Below are positions 9,322 to 18,095 of a stretch of DNA of 64,000 nt, one piece after another. Position numbers and translations under genes: made by a program. The notes under the pieces were generated by a model that ran no database searches, was not told where the DNA came from, and saw only the letters and a program-made list of their open reading frames with translations. Source of the DNA: an uncultured bacterium (GTDB lineage: Bacteria > Verrucomicrobiota > Verrucomicrobiia > Verrucomicrobiales > DEV007); the NCBI GenBank assembly GCA_963977015.1, contig CAXBMO010000001.1:544001-608000 (forward strand), read 5' to 3'. Numbering within the stretch: position 1 is the stretch's first letter; each line of letters opens with the position of its first letter.

Positions 9322-10676
9322 GACACAATTTCCATCCGGGGCTTCACGTTTTCCCTGTCGATCAGGCAGGGCCAGTATCCAAATACGGGACGCACTTTCG
9401 GGCGGCCTGACGTATATCCGGTCACGCCTTGAGGACCGCTGGTCACCAGAGGCGCCACTTCTTTGGCGAAGGCGTCAGCCACCGCGCGGTCGGTGGAGAA
9501 CACGGCCACTCGTAAGACACATTCCACCAAGTCCGTCCGACGCCCCATGGCGCCCCCGGTAACGTCTCCGGAGCCGATCACTTCCATCGCGGTGCGATCC
9601 GGCACGAAGCCTTTCCGCTCGATGCGCTCGATGAGCACTTCACCCGCGCGGCGCGCTTTCGCGACCGCATTGTTACCCACGATAACGAGCATGCCTTCAG
9701 CCCGAAAGCCATCATGCCAGGTGGCGCTGACTTTGTAGGTAACCGGCGGCGGTCCTCCGCGAGCGCCAGTGATCTTGATTCGATCTTTCCCCAGCTCCTC
9801 GAGATCGAGCCCGAGGAAGGAAACAGTCGCGTCGGGGCTCAGATATCGGCCGGGATCACCAATTTCGTAGAGAAGTTGTTCCTTGACGGTTTGCAAGCTA
9901 ACCCGTCCACCAGTGGACTCCGCTTTCGTGGCGACGAACGAGCCGTCAGCCTCCATCTCAATGATGGGAAAACCGAGGTCGGCCTGACCGGGAACATCCA
10001 TCCAGTCCGTGGAACAGCCGCCCGTCATCTGCGTGCCGCACTCGATCAAATGACCCGCCACGGTGGCTGCGGCAATTCGGTCCCAGTCGTCGGTCTGCCA
10101 GTCAAACGCGGCGATCGCGGCGCCGACGGTGAGACTGGGATCGGCGACCCGCCCGGTCACCACGATATCGGCGCCCGCTCGCAAAGCTTCGGCGACCGGC
10201 GTCGCGCCGATGTAGGCATTGGCCGTTCGCAGCCGATCGCGTATCGAATCGAAGGGCTCAGCGGTCTCCGTGTTTTTGAAGCTGGACGGTTCGCCGGACC
10301 GCAGCAACTCGAGAACATCGTCTCCGGTCACCACGCCCACATTCCGGTTCGCCAGCCCTGCTTCGTCGAGGATGGCGCGAATCTCCCGGGCACATCCAGG
10401 CGGGTTCAATCCACCCGCATTGGTGATGACCTTGACCGTTCCGCCCGCATTCCAAACCGGAAGCAGCGAGCGCACCACCTCCAGAAAATCCCGGGCGTAA
10501 CCAGCGTCCGGATCGCGCTCGCGTTGGATCGCCATGATGGAAAGCGACACCTCGGCGAGGTAGTCGAGGGTCAGGAAATCGAGATCCGGGCAGGTCTCCA
10601 CCAGCCTCGCCGCAGCCCCGGGTTGGTCTCCCCAGAAGGCTTGCGCGTTGCCGATTTTGATCTGTTTTTTCATCAC
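9318..10676 (-). CDS. Acyclic terpene utilization AtuA-family protein (DUF1446)
   Basis: AFWGD, DYLAEVS, TNAGGLNP, NAYIGA, GRVADPSL, GHLIECG, EQLLYEI. Confidence 0.92.
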   Translation of the reverse strand: MMKKQIKIGNAQAFWGDQPGAAARLVETCPDLDFLTLDYLAEVSLSIMAIQRERDPDAGYARDFLEVVRSLLPVWNAGGTVKVITNAGGLNPPGCAREIRAILDEAGLANRNVGVVTGDDVLELLRSGEPSSFKNTETAEPFDSIRDRLRTANAYIGATPVAEALRAGADIVVTGRVADPSLTVGAAIAAFDWQTDDWDRIAAATVAGHLIECGTQMTGGCSTDWMDVPGQADLGFPIIEMEADGSFVATKAESTGGRVSLQTVKEQLLYEIGDPGRYLSPDATVSFLGLDLEELGKDRIKITGARGGPPPVTYKVSATWHDGFRAEGMLVIVGNNAVAKARRAGEVLIERIERKGFVPDRTAMEVIGSGDVTGGAMGRRTDLVECVLRVAVFSTDRAVADAFAKEVAPLVTSGPQGVTGYTSGRPKVRPVFGYWPCLIDRENVKPRMEIVS

Positions 10677-10708
10677 TGGTCTAGGGTGAAAGTCCGAAAC
10701 CTCGCGTT

Positions 10709-10940
10709 GGCCACCGCCGAGCTCGTCTCGGTGGGGCCCTGTTCAGTCACCAGATCAAAACCGCTGGCAATCCGCCACCACTGCGCTCGCCGCAGTGGTG
10801 CCATGTCCCCTTCTCCGGCGTCGCCGGGTGGAAAAAGGGGACATCGCTCGCCCCCGGCAAGCGGGGCCGGGGCGCTTTTGGCACAATTCATTCTGGTAGT
10901 TGAACGTGCTAACCCCCGGCGCAAGGCCGGGGGCGTGCCC
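10709..10940. repeat. Cluster of GC-rich REP-like hairpins
   Basis: CACCACTGCG-ctcgc-CGCAGTGGTG (10776-10800), ATGTCCCCTT...AAGGGGACAT (10803-10844), CCCCCGGC-gcaag-GCCGGGGG (10913-10933), and a further hairpin at 10709-10738. Confidence 0.75.
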
Positions 10941-10993
10941 AAACCTGTCTTTCGTGATTGGAAAAACCTGGAATTTGAGACTTTCACCCTATT

Positions 10994-12589
10994 TTAGACT
11001 TGGATAACTCCGGTATGAAATTTCCCTTCCGTCTTCGGTCGCGACACCAGTTCGAGGGAACGAATCAACGTCGCCCTCGTTTCATGGGGCTGGATAATCG
11101 CGTCGATCCATCCCCGCGCCGCGCCGTAACGGATGTCCATCTGCTCTTGGTATTGTTGGCGAACCCGCTCGCGGAGTTCTTCCAACTCGTCGTCGTTTTC
11201 GGCGGTGCTCGAACGTTTGAGAATGGCGAACAGCGTTTCGGAGGCCTGCCCGGCTCCCATCACGGCAAAATCGGCAGTGGGCCAGGCGAAGAGAAAACGC
11301 GGATCGTAAGCCTTGCCACAGAGCGCGTAGTTCCCGGCCCCAAACGAGCCACCGACGACCACGGTGATTTTCGGCACCACCGAATTGCTCATCGCGTTCA
11401 CGAGCTTGGCCCCACTGCGGATGATGCCGGATGCTTCGGCGTCCTTGCCTACCATGAAGCCGGTGACATCCTGGAAGAAAATGAGCGGGATGCCAGTCTG
11501 GTTGCAGTCCATCACAAACCGCGCCGCTTTATCCGCGCTGTCGCCGTAAATCACGCCGCCGATCCGGACGCCTTTTTTGGACTTCGTGTGAGTCTTCTGA
11601 TTCGCGACAATCCCTACCGGATACCCGCCGATGCGTGCGTAAGCCGTGATCAGACTTTTGCCATAATCAGCCTTGGATTCCTCGAACGAATCGGCGTCGA
11701 CGACACATTCGAGGAGGTCGTGCATCTCGTATCCCTGGCGACGGTTCCCGCCCATCACGTCAAGGATTTCGTCCACGCGACGCCCGGGCTTTTTGACGGC
11801 AGCCCGGCGTTGGCAAACAGGATTTTCCGGCAACATGGCCACCAGCCTTCGAAGCCTGGTGAGACACGCCTCATCATCCGGTTCGTGAAAATCGACGGTC
11901 CCGCTCACCTCGGCATGCATCGTCGCGCCACCCAGTGTCTCCGCATCGACCACTTCGCCGATGGCAGCTTTGACCAGCGAGGGGGCCGCGAGGTAAAGAC
12001 CGCTTCCCTCAGTCATGAGAATTTTGTCGCACAGCACCGGAAGGTAGGCTCCGCCGGCGACACAGTTTCCCATGATCGCCGCAAACTGAGGCAGGCCCGC
12101 CGCCGACATCACCGAATTATTCCGGAAAATCCGCCCAAAATCGTCTTCGTCAGGGAACACCTCATCCTGCAACGGCAGGAAGACCCCGGCCGAATCGACC
12201 AGATAAATCACCGGCAAACTGTTTTCAAAAGCGATCCGCTGGGCACGCAGCGCCTTCTTGACCGATTGCGGAAACATCGCCCCCGCTTTCACCGTCGCAT
12301 CGTTGGCGATAATCATGCAGTCCCGGCCCTCGACCGCCCCGATCCCGGCCACCACGCCCGCGGCCGCTATCTCCCCCCATTCTTGATACATGCCCCAGGC
12401 AGCCCACAAACCGATCTCCAACCAACCCGCGTCCACGTCCAGCAATTGCTCGATGCGTTGCCGCGCCGTCAACCGCCCCAGCGCAGCCTGCCGCTTAATG
12501 CCGGCTTCACCGCCACCCTGGCGGAGGACACGCTCCTGCTCCAGCACCTCCCGGCATCGGGCTTTTAGGTCATGTTTTTCGTCTGTCAT
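10994..12589 (-). CDS. Acyl-CoA carboxylase carboxyltransferase subunit (methylcrotonyl-CoA carboxylase beta-like)
   Basis: ANDATVKAG, VDSAGVFLPLQDEVFPD, GNCVAGGAY, GGSFGAGNY. Start moved to MTDEKH. Confidence 0.92.
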   Translation of the reverse strand: MTDEKHDLKARCREVLEQERVLRQGGGEAGIKRQAALGRLTARQRIEQLLDVDAGWLEIGLWAAWGMYQEWGEIAAAGVVAGIGAVEGRDCMIIANDATVKAGAMFPQSVKKALRAQRIAFENSLPVIYLVDSAGVFLPLQDEVFPDEDDFGRIFRNNSVMSAAGLPQFAAIMGNCVAGGAYLPVLCDKILMTEGSGLYLAAPSLVKAAIGEVVDAETLGGATMHAEVSGTVDFHEPDDEACLTRLRRLVAMLPENPVCQRRAAVKKPGRRVDEILDVMGGNRRQGYEMHDLLECVVDADSFEESKADYGKSLITAYARIGGYPVGIVANQKTHTKSKKGVRIGGVIYGDSADKAARFVMDCNQTGIPLIFFQDVTGFMVGKDAEASGIIRSGAKLVNAMSNSVVPKITVVVGGSFGAGNYALCGKAYDPRFLFAWPTADFAVMGAGQASETLFAILKRSSTAENDDELEELRERVRQQYQEQMDIRYGAARGWIDAIIQPHETRATLIRSLELVSRPKTEGKFHTGVIQV

Positions 12590-12665
12590 ATCAGGGGTTT
12601 CAACCGCCAGCGGTTGGATGGGTCTCGCGTGACGAGATCCCACCAATCAAGCGTGAATCTGCATT

Positions 12666-12871
12666 CGTCGCGTCTGCGACTGATGATGTTAGCCGTGGGA
12701 TTAATCCCACGGAAAGGCATGAAATAAGGCTTCGTCGCGTCAGCGACCGGTCAAGCGTCTTGGCCAATCGATTCCCAAGCGACGCGAACGGTCGCTGACG
12801 CGACGTCATCCATCTATCACACCAAACGTGGGTTAAAACCCACGCCTAACATGAACTGTCGCTACGCGACG
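12666..12871. mobile_element. Nested inverted-repeat element (REP/MITE-like)
   Basis: Outer CGTCGCGT.. / ..ACGCGACG ends, two CGTGGG-N-CCCACG hairpins, and a perfect inner 17-bp IR (12733-12749 / 12789-12805). Confidence 0.7.
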
Positions 12872-13336
12872 CTAAATGGATGCCAGCGGTTGATAATTAG
12901 ACGTGAACGGAATGAGTCTCTTCCGAAAAACTTTCGGCAAGAAATACGGTTCGCCGGGGCCGTCTGGCCGAACCGCGTTAACTAAACGCAGAGCTTCGGC
13001 CATCGGACTCCACGCGAGCTTGTCTCCGTGAAACCGCGATCATCAACCAGAATCGCACCGGATTACGTCCGCCCCGGGCTGGCCTCGTGCCGATCGAGCG
13101 ATGATTCTCTTGGGCGGGAGTCAGAGCTCGAACGGGGGCAAATTTGTGAGGCTCCGTTCTGGTAGTTGGTCAAATAAACATGGCGTGGCCACTCTGAACG
13201 TGGACGAGTTCCAACGAGTCGCCAATCTGGATGTGATCGACGCTGGGAAGTATTCGTCTTAGAGGGAATGGCGCAAGGTTAAGCGGGCTCATCGGAAAAT
13301 TTACCCAGGTCTCCACAGGGATTTATTCCCGTGGAA

Positions 13337-13534
13337 CCGAGACCAACCACCAGACCAATTCAATCTAAATGCTCGCCCCGGCTGGCCTTGCGCCAGTCGA
13401 GCGCTGACCGTCAAAAACCAGATCGTGCGCCTGGAAGGAGTCAGCGCTCCACCGGCATGAAACCGGTGGTGGCGATTGGTCTCGGGAGATGGATCTGGTG
13501 GTTGATCGCGCACCCACCGGGGCGAGCCCGGTGG
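13337..13534. repeat. Second nested inverted-repeat/REP-like cluster
   Basis: IR pairs 13337-46/13476-85, 13344-54/13494-504, 13399-408/13440-49 and 13371-81/13517-27; hairpins CCACCGG..CCGGTGG. Confidence 0.7.
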
Positions 13535-13629
13535 AGAGCTAAGTTGGTTAAACTTGCGCCATTCGTTTTAGGGGGGAGTCCTCCACTGAACTTGCGAAGC
13601 GATCCCATCTATTTTTGCGCTGACGCTAA

Positions 13630-15621
13630 TTACCGGTCTCCCGGAAATTGCTGGATATCATCCTTCACGACCGGTTTTCCCTCGCCCTTGGCGACCGGGG
13701 ATGTTTCGTGAATGTAGAAGTCCTTGTTGGGTAGGGTGTCGTTGTGATCCAGAACGGCTTGGGCGGCGGCGGACATGGTCTTGTCGGCGTTGTTTTTCAG
13801 TCTAGTGACGTTTTCGTGGTAGGCGTGCTCGGCGAGGTCGAGGAAATGGAGGGCGCAGGCCTTGTCCCGTTCGAAGAGCTTGCCGGATGCGTTGCTGTTG
13901 AGCTGGGAATCGAGCTTTGACAGCACGCAAGCCATGGCGTGCAGCCACATGGCGCCATCGCCGAGGCGGGCCTGGACGAGCTGCCGTTTCAGGATCTGAT
14001 CCTTGAACCGCTGGCTGGCGAGCTTGAATTGGTGGTTGTGATCGGCGACCATCTTGGACCATTTGTCGGCATGCTCTCGGAGCGAGGGATGGATGTTGCT
14101 GATGTGGGGCTTGGGTGGTTTGATTCCTAGGAAAATCTGCGCGCCGAGGCCCATGGCTTTGAGCGAAATCTGCGGGTTGAGGGCGTTTTTTATGATCCGG
14201 GACAGGTTCGCTCCGACGGTCTCGGTTCCATCCCAAAACAGAGCCTGACGAATGGCCAGCATTTGCTCGGCAAGCTGCTTGCCTCCGTAGCCGAAGACGA
14301 ACACTCGCATCACCTCGTTGGCTCCCTCGCCGATCTTGTAAAGCCGTGCGTCGCGATAGGCGCGCTCGACTTCGTTTTCGGTCATGTAGCCTTCGCCTCC
14401 CATGATTTGCAGGGCGTCGTCAATCACCTGCCAGCCATAGTGCGAGGCAAACACCTTGGCGACCGCGGTTTCGACCATGATGTCTTTCTCATCGCGGTCG
14501 AGCATGCCGGTGGTCATGTAGAGCATCGCGTCGATCGCGTAGCACATGGCGCCCATGTTGGCGATCCGATCCTGAACGAGCTCGAAGGCCGACAAGGGGC
14601 GCTCGAACTGGTATCTCGTCTGCGACCACTTCACCGCCTGCTCCATCGCGCCCTTGGCGGAGCCGAGAATTCCCGACGAGAGGGTGCATCTTCCGTAATT
14701 CAGACAGGTGAGCGCCACTTTCAGGCCTTGCCCTTCTTTATGCAGCAGGTTCTCTTTCGGGACCCTGACATTGGTAAAACGAATCCGGCCCTGCCAGGTG
14801 CCGCGAACGCCGCACTTGGAACGGTTTTTCTCAAAAATATCCACGCCCTCCATGTCCGGGGTGCAGATCAATGCCGTGACCGCCTTCGATACCCGACCCG
14901 TTTTGGGATCCACGAGTTGCTGGTTGCATAACACGGTGAACAACGCGCTGTAGGCGGCGGAGGTTGACCACTTTTTCTCTCCGTTGAGGATGTAGTGGGT
15001 TCCGTCCTCGCTGAGTTCGGCGCGGGTTTCCTGGCCGCCGGCGTCGCAACCCACGTTCGGCTCGGATAGACAAAAGGCGGAGAGGGCCGAACGGGCCATG
15101 ATGGGAAGCCACTTCTTTTTCTGCTCCGCCGTCCCGAACAGCATCAATGCCTTGCAGCCGATCGACTGGTGGGCGGAGACGACCACGGAGGTCGAGGCGC
15201 AGGTCCGGCCGAGACGCTCGAGAACCCGGTTGTAGCTGGTGATGCTCAACCCCAAACCACCGTATTCCTCGGGAATCGTCATCCCCATGACGCCAAGTTC
15301 AAAGAGCCGGTCAATCGCGCTGCGCGGAATTTCCTGCTCGCGGTCAATCCGAATCGCGGGATGCTCGTTTTTCAGATAGTCATCCAGTTTCGCCAGCAAA
15401 TCGTCGGCTTTCCGCTTCTCCTCTGGCGAAACTTCGGGGTAGGGAAAAATCAGATCTTCGCGGATTTTGCCCCAGAACAGGTTCTTCACAAAACCCATTT
15501 CGGCGGGTTCCGGCCCCATCACCATCTGGGTGTTTTCGAGCATCTTGCGATCTTCCTCGGAGATGTCTCTAAGATGTTTGAGATCGCTCATGTTTAAAGT
15601 TTTAGACGAAAACCAAGCCAT
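13630..15621 (-). CDS. Acyl-CoA dehydrogenase, long (ACAD9/VLCAD-like) form
   Basis: SAHQSIG, AFCLSEPNVGCDA, LNGEKKW, GGEGYM, IGEGANEV. Alternative start at 15591. Confidence 0.93.
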   Translation of the reverse strand: MAWFSSKTLNMSDLKHLRDISEEDRKMLENTQMVMGPEPAEMGFVKNLFWGKIREDLIFPYPEVSPEEKRKADDLLAKLDDYLKNEHPAIRIDREQEIPRSAIDRLFELGVMGMTIPEEYGGLGLSITSYNRVLERLGRTCASTSVVVSAHQSIGCKALMLFGTAEQKKKWLPIMARSALSAFCLSEPNVGCDAGGQETRAELSEDGTHYILNGEKKWSTSAAYSALFTVLCNQQLVDPKTGRVSKAVTALICTPDMEGVDIFEKNRSKCGVRGTWQGRIRFTNVRVPKENLLHKEGQGLKVALTCLNYGRCTLSSGILGSAKGAMEQAVKWSQTRYQFERPLSAFELVQDRIANMGAMCYAIDAMLYMTTGMLDRDEKDIMVETAVAKVFASHYGWQVIDDALQIMGGEGYMTENEVERAYRDARLYKIGEGANEVMRVFVFGYGGKQLAEQMLAIRQALFWDGTETVGANLSRIIKNALNPQISLKAMGLGAQIFLGIKPPKPHISNIHPSLREHADKWSKMVADHNHQFKLASQRFKDQILKRQLVQARLGDGAMWLHAMACVLSKLDSQLNSNASGKLFERDKACALHFLDLAEHAYHENVTRLKNNADKTMSAAAQAVLDHNDTLPNKDFYIHETSPVAKGEGKPVVKDDIQQFPGDR

Positions 15622-15688
15622 AATCAGTGAACGAATTTCTCATGGGTGTCGGTAGTCCAATTTCGTGACAACCCTTTTCCCCGTCGCC

Positions 15689-16456
15689 ATGAAACTAAAA
15701 GACAGCATCGTCCTGGTAACCGGAGGAGCGTCCGGTCTTGGGGCTGGCGTTGCCCGCAACGTCATCGAGCGTGGAGGCTCGGTCGTGATCGCCGATCTCA
15801 ATGAATCCGCGGGAAAGGAACTCGCGTCGCAACTGGGCGAGCGCGCCCGATTCTCCCGTACCGACGTCACGAATCCCGATAGCGTGAATGCAACCCTCGA
15901 TGTCACCGCACAGCTCCCCGGAACCTTCCGCGTCGTGGTCAACTGCGCCGGGGTTCTCGCAGCGGGCAAGGTCGTGGGCAAAGACGGCCCGCACGATCTG
16001 GAGAGATTCGCCAAGGTCATCGACGTCAATCTGATTGGCACCTTCAACGTGATCCGTCTGGCTGCCGCTCGTTTTGTGCAGGGAGAACCGGATGAGGAGG
16101 GAGAGCGAGGCGTCATCATCAACACCGCATCGATTGCGGCCTTCGAAGGTCAGATGGGCCAGGCCGCCTACTCCGCCTCCAAGGCGGGAGTCGCGGGGAT
16201 GACGCTGCCTCTCGCCCGCGATCTCGCGTCGGATGGTGTCAGGGTCATGGCGATCGCCCCGGGGATGTTCGACACGGCAATGGTGGCCGGTCTGACGGAC
16301 AAGGTGCGGGAGAGTCTCGCCGCCATGGTCCCTTTTCCTCCCCGTCTCGGACGTCCCGAAGAATTTGCGGCGCTCGCCATTCACATCATGGAAAACACGA
16401 TGCTCAACGGTGAAGTCATCCGCCTGGACGGTGCCGTGAGAATGTCCGCTCGCTGA
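15689..16456 (+). CDS. SDR 3-hydroxyacyl-CoA dehydrogenase type 2 (HSD17B10/3-hydroxy-2-methylbutyryl-CoA dehydrogenase-like)
   Basis: [39 protein letters not shown]. Confidence 0.93.
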   Translation: MKLKDSIVLVTGGASGLGAGVARNVIERGGSVVIADLNESAGKELASQLGERARFSRTDVTNPDSVNATLDVTAQLPGTFRVVVNCAGVLAAGKVVGKDGPHDLERFAKVIDVNLIGTFNVIRLAAARFVQGEPDEEGERGVIINTASIAAFEGQMGQAAYSASKAGVAGMTLPLARDLASDGVRVMAIAPGMFDTAMVAGLTDKVRESLAAMVPFPPRLGRPEEFAALAIHIMENTMLNGEVIRLDGAVRMSAR

Positions 16457-16464
16457 CAAGGCCG

Positions 16465-17607
16465 ATGAATGATCCCGTACTCTATGAAGTTCGCGATACC
16501 ACGGGCGGCAAGTCCATTGGGATCGCGACTCTGAATATCGAAAATCGCCTCAATTCGACCAGCCTGGAGTTGGTGCGCAGTCTTAGTCCGAAGTTGGAAG
16601 CGTGGGCCAGGGACGATCAGATTGCCTGCGTCGTGATCCGCGGCGCTGGGGAGAAAGCCTTTTGTGCGGGAGGCGATTGTATCGACATGTATCACTCCAT
16701 GGTCGAAGACCCGAGTCTGGAGAACCGCTACGCCCAACAGTTCTTTTCCGAAGAATACTCACTCTTCTATCTGATCCACGTTTACCCCAAACCCGTCATC
16801 ACCTGGGGCAGCGGCATCGTCATGGGCGCCGGTCTCGGATTGATGTGCGCCGGCAGTCACCGCATCGTCACGGAACGTTCACTGCTCGCCATGCCGGAAA
16901 TCTCCATCGGGCTTTATCCCGATGCCGGCGGCTCATGGTTCCTTGGCAGGACGCCCGGCCGCAGTGGGCTTTTCCTCGGGCTCACGGGAAGTAAAATGAA
17001 CGCGACCGACGCTCGGTTTCTCGGGCTGGCCACCCACTCCCTGGATTCCACCGCCTACGTAGTGATGTTGGACGCACTGGCATCCGTCCCATGGACGAAC
17101 GACGGCAAGCTCAACGCCGACCTGACGAGCACTTGCCTGTCGACCTTGCAAAAAACAACCGCACCGGCAAGAACCGAGTCCAACATTCGCAAACACTACG
17201 ATACCATCCAGGAACTCTGCGACTGCAACAACCCGATCGAATTCGCGGACAACTTGAAGCGCCTCAAAACCCGGAGTCCCTGGCTGGAAACGGCCCGCGA
17301 CGGTTTTCTGTCGGGAAGCCCCACCACGGCCCATCTCGTCTTTGAACTGCGCCGCCGCACCCTTCGTCTTTCCCTCGCTGACGTCTTCCGCATCGAATAC
17401 GGCGTCTCCATGCAATGCGTCGTCCACCCGGACTTTCGCGAAGGAATCCGCTCCACCCTTATCGACAAAGACAAGTCGCCTGTCTGGACGCCTGACCAAC
17501 TCGAAAAAGTCACCCCGGAATGGATCGCCGCTCACTTCGATCCGCCCTGCGCCGACGCGAACAATCCCATGAACCATTCTCATTGTGCGGTGGAAACGTT
17601 GCAGTGA
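16465..17607 (+). CDS. 3-hydroxyisobutyryl-CoA hydrolase-like (ECH_2 crotonase family)
   Basis: AFCAGGD, GIVMGAG, AMPEISIGLYPDAG, DFREGIRSTLIDKD. Confidence 0.9.
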   Translation: MNDPVLYEVRDTTGGKSIGIATLNIENRLNSTSLELVRSLSPKLEAWARDDQIACVVIRGAGEKAFCAGGDCIDMYHSMVEDPSLENRYAQQFFSEEYSLFYLIHVYPKPVITWGSGIVMGAGLGLMCAGSHRIVTERSLLAMPEISIGLYPDAGGSWFLGRTPGRSGLFLGLTGSKMNATDARFLGLATHSLDSTAYVVMLDALASVPWTNDGKLNADLTSTCLSTLQKTTAPARTESNIRKHYDTIQELCDCNNPIEFADNLKRLKTRSPWLETARDGFLSGSPTTAHLVFELRRRTLRLSLADVFRIEYGVSMQCVVHPDFREGIRSTLIDKDKSPVWTPDQLEKVTPEWIAAHFDPPCADANNPMNHSHCAVETLQ

Positions 17608-17771
17608 CAAGTTGAAGCGCCCTGAAGAACTTGCCTCGCCAGGCGCTCGCCGGGAAGTGGACGCAAATGGAATCAGCACCTTCCGTCCTTGGTAAAGCCT
17701 GTCGGCGACCGTGTCCTGGATCGAGCTTGAATGCGCGCTCGCTATCCGGTGCGGACGGACTACCGTCCGTC

Positions 17772-18002
17772 ATGGCGACCTACATCTACGAGACTATTCC
17801 AGAGGAAAAGGGTGCGTTGCCCGAGCGTTTTGAGATTCAACAAAGTATGACCGAGGACGCCCTTACCAAGCATCCCAAAACCGGTGAACCCATGAGACGC
17901 ATTATCACCGGCGGGTTCGGTTACTTCAAAAAGAATGTCGGAGAGAGCATCGGCTCCGTGGATGACTACTCCCATGGCCACGGACACGATCATGAGCACT
18001 AA
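17772..18002 (+). CDS. FmdB-like zinc-ribbon family protein, cysteine-less variant with His-rich tail
   Basis: MATYIYE...FEIQQSM...LTKHP.TG.PMRRII follows the FmdB pattern but has no Cys; ends HGHGHDHEH. Confidence 0.75.
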   Translation: MATYIYETIPEEKGALPERFEIQQSMTEDALTKHPKTGEPMRRIITGGFGYFKKNVGESIGSVDDYSHGHGHDHEH

Positions 18003-18095
18003 CGAACCCCGACGCGAGGCCATCGCCAAATGGAAGGCGGTCGTGGCCGAGTATCGCAGCGCGTCTCGACCTCAGTTTCAAACGCCCCCTAGATG

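Noticed and set aside
10676-10990. Riboswitch, RNase P or group II intron suggested by GGGTGAAAGTCC
   Set aside because: Only this short motif matches, other conserved elements were not recognised, and it is antisense to the operon. An Rfam search would be decisive.
9714-12568. Long antisense ORFs (9714-10997, 11000-12568; likewise 27199-28569, 40529-41668, 61300-62328)
   Set aside because: Shadows of well-supported opposite-strand genes in GC-rich DNA.
12912-13300. Short ORF MSLFRKTFGKK... and following sequence as a pseudogene
   Set aside because: Gene-like start but only 39 codons and no recognisable family.
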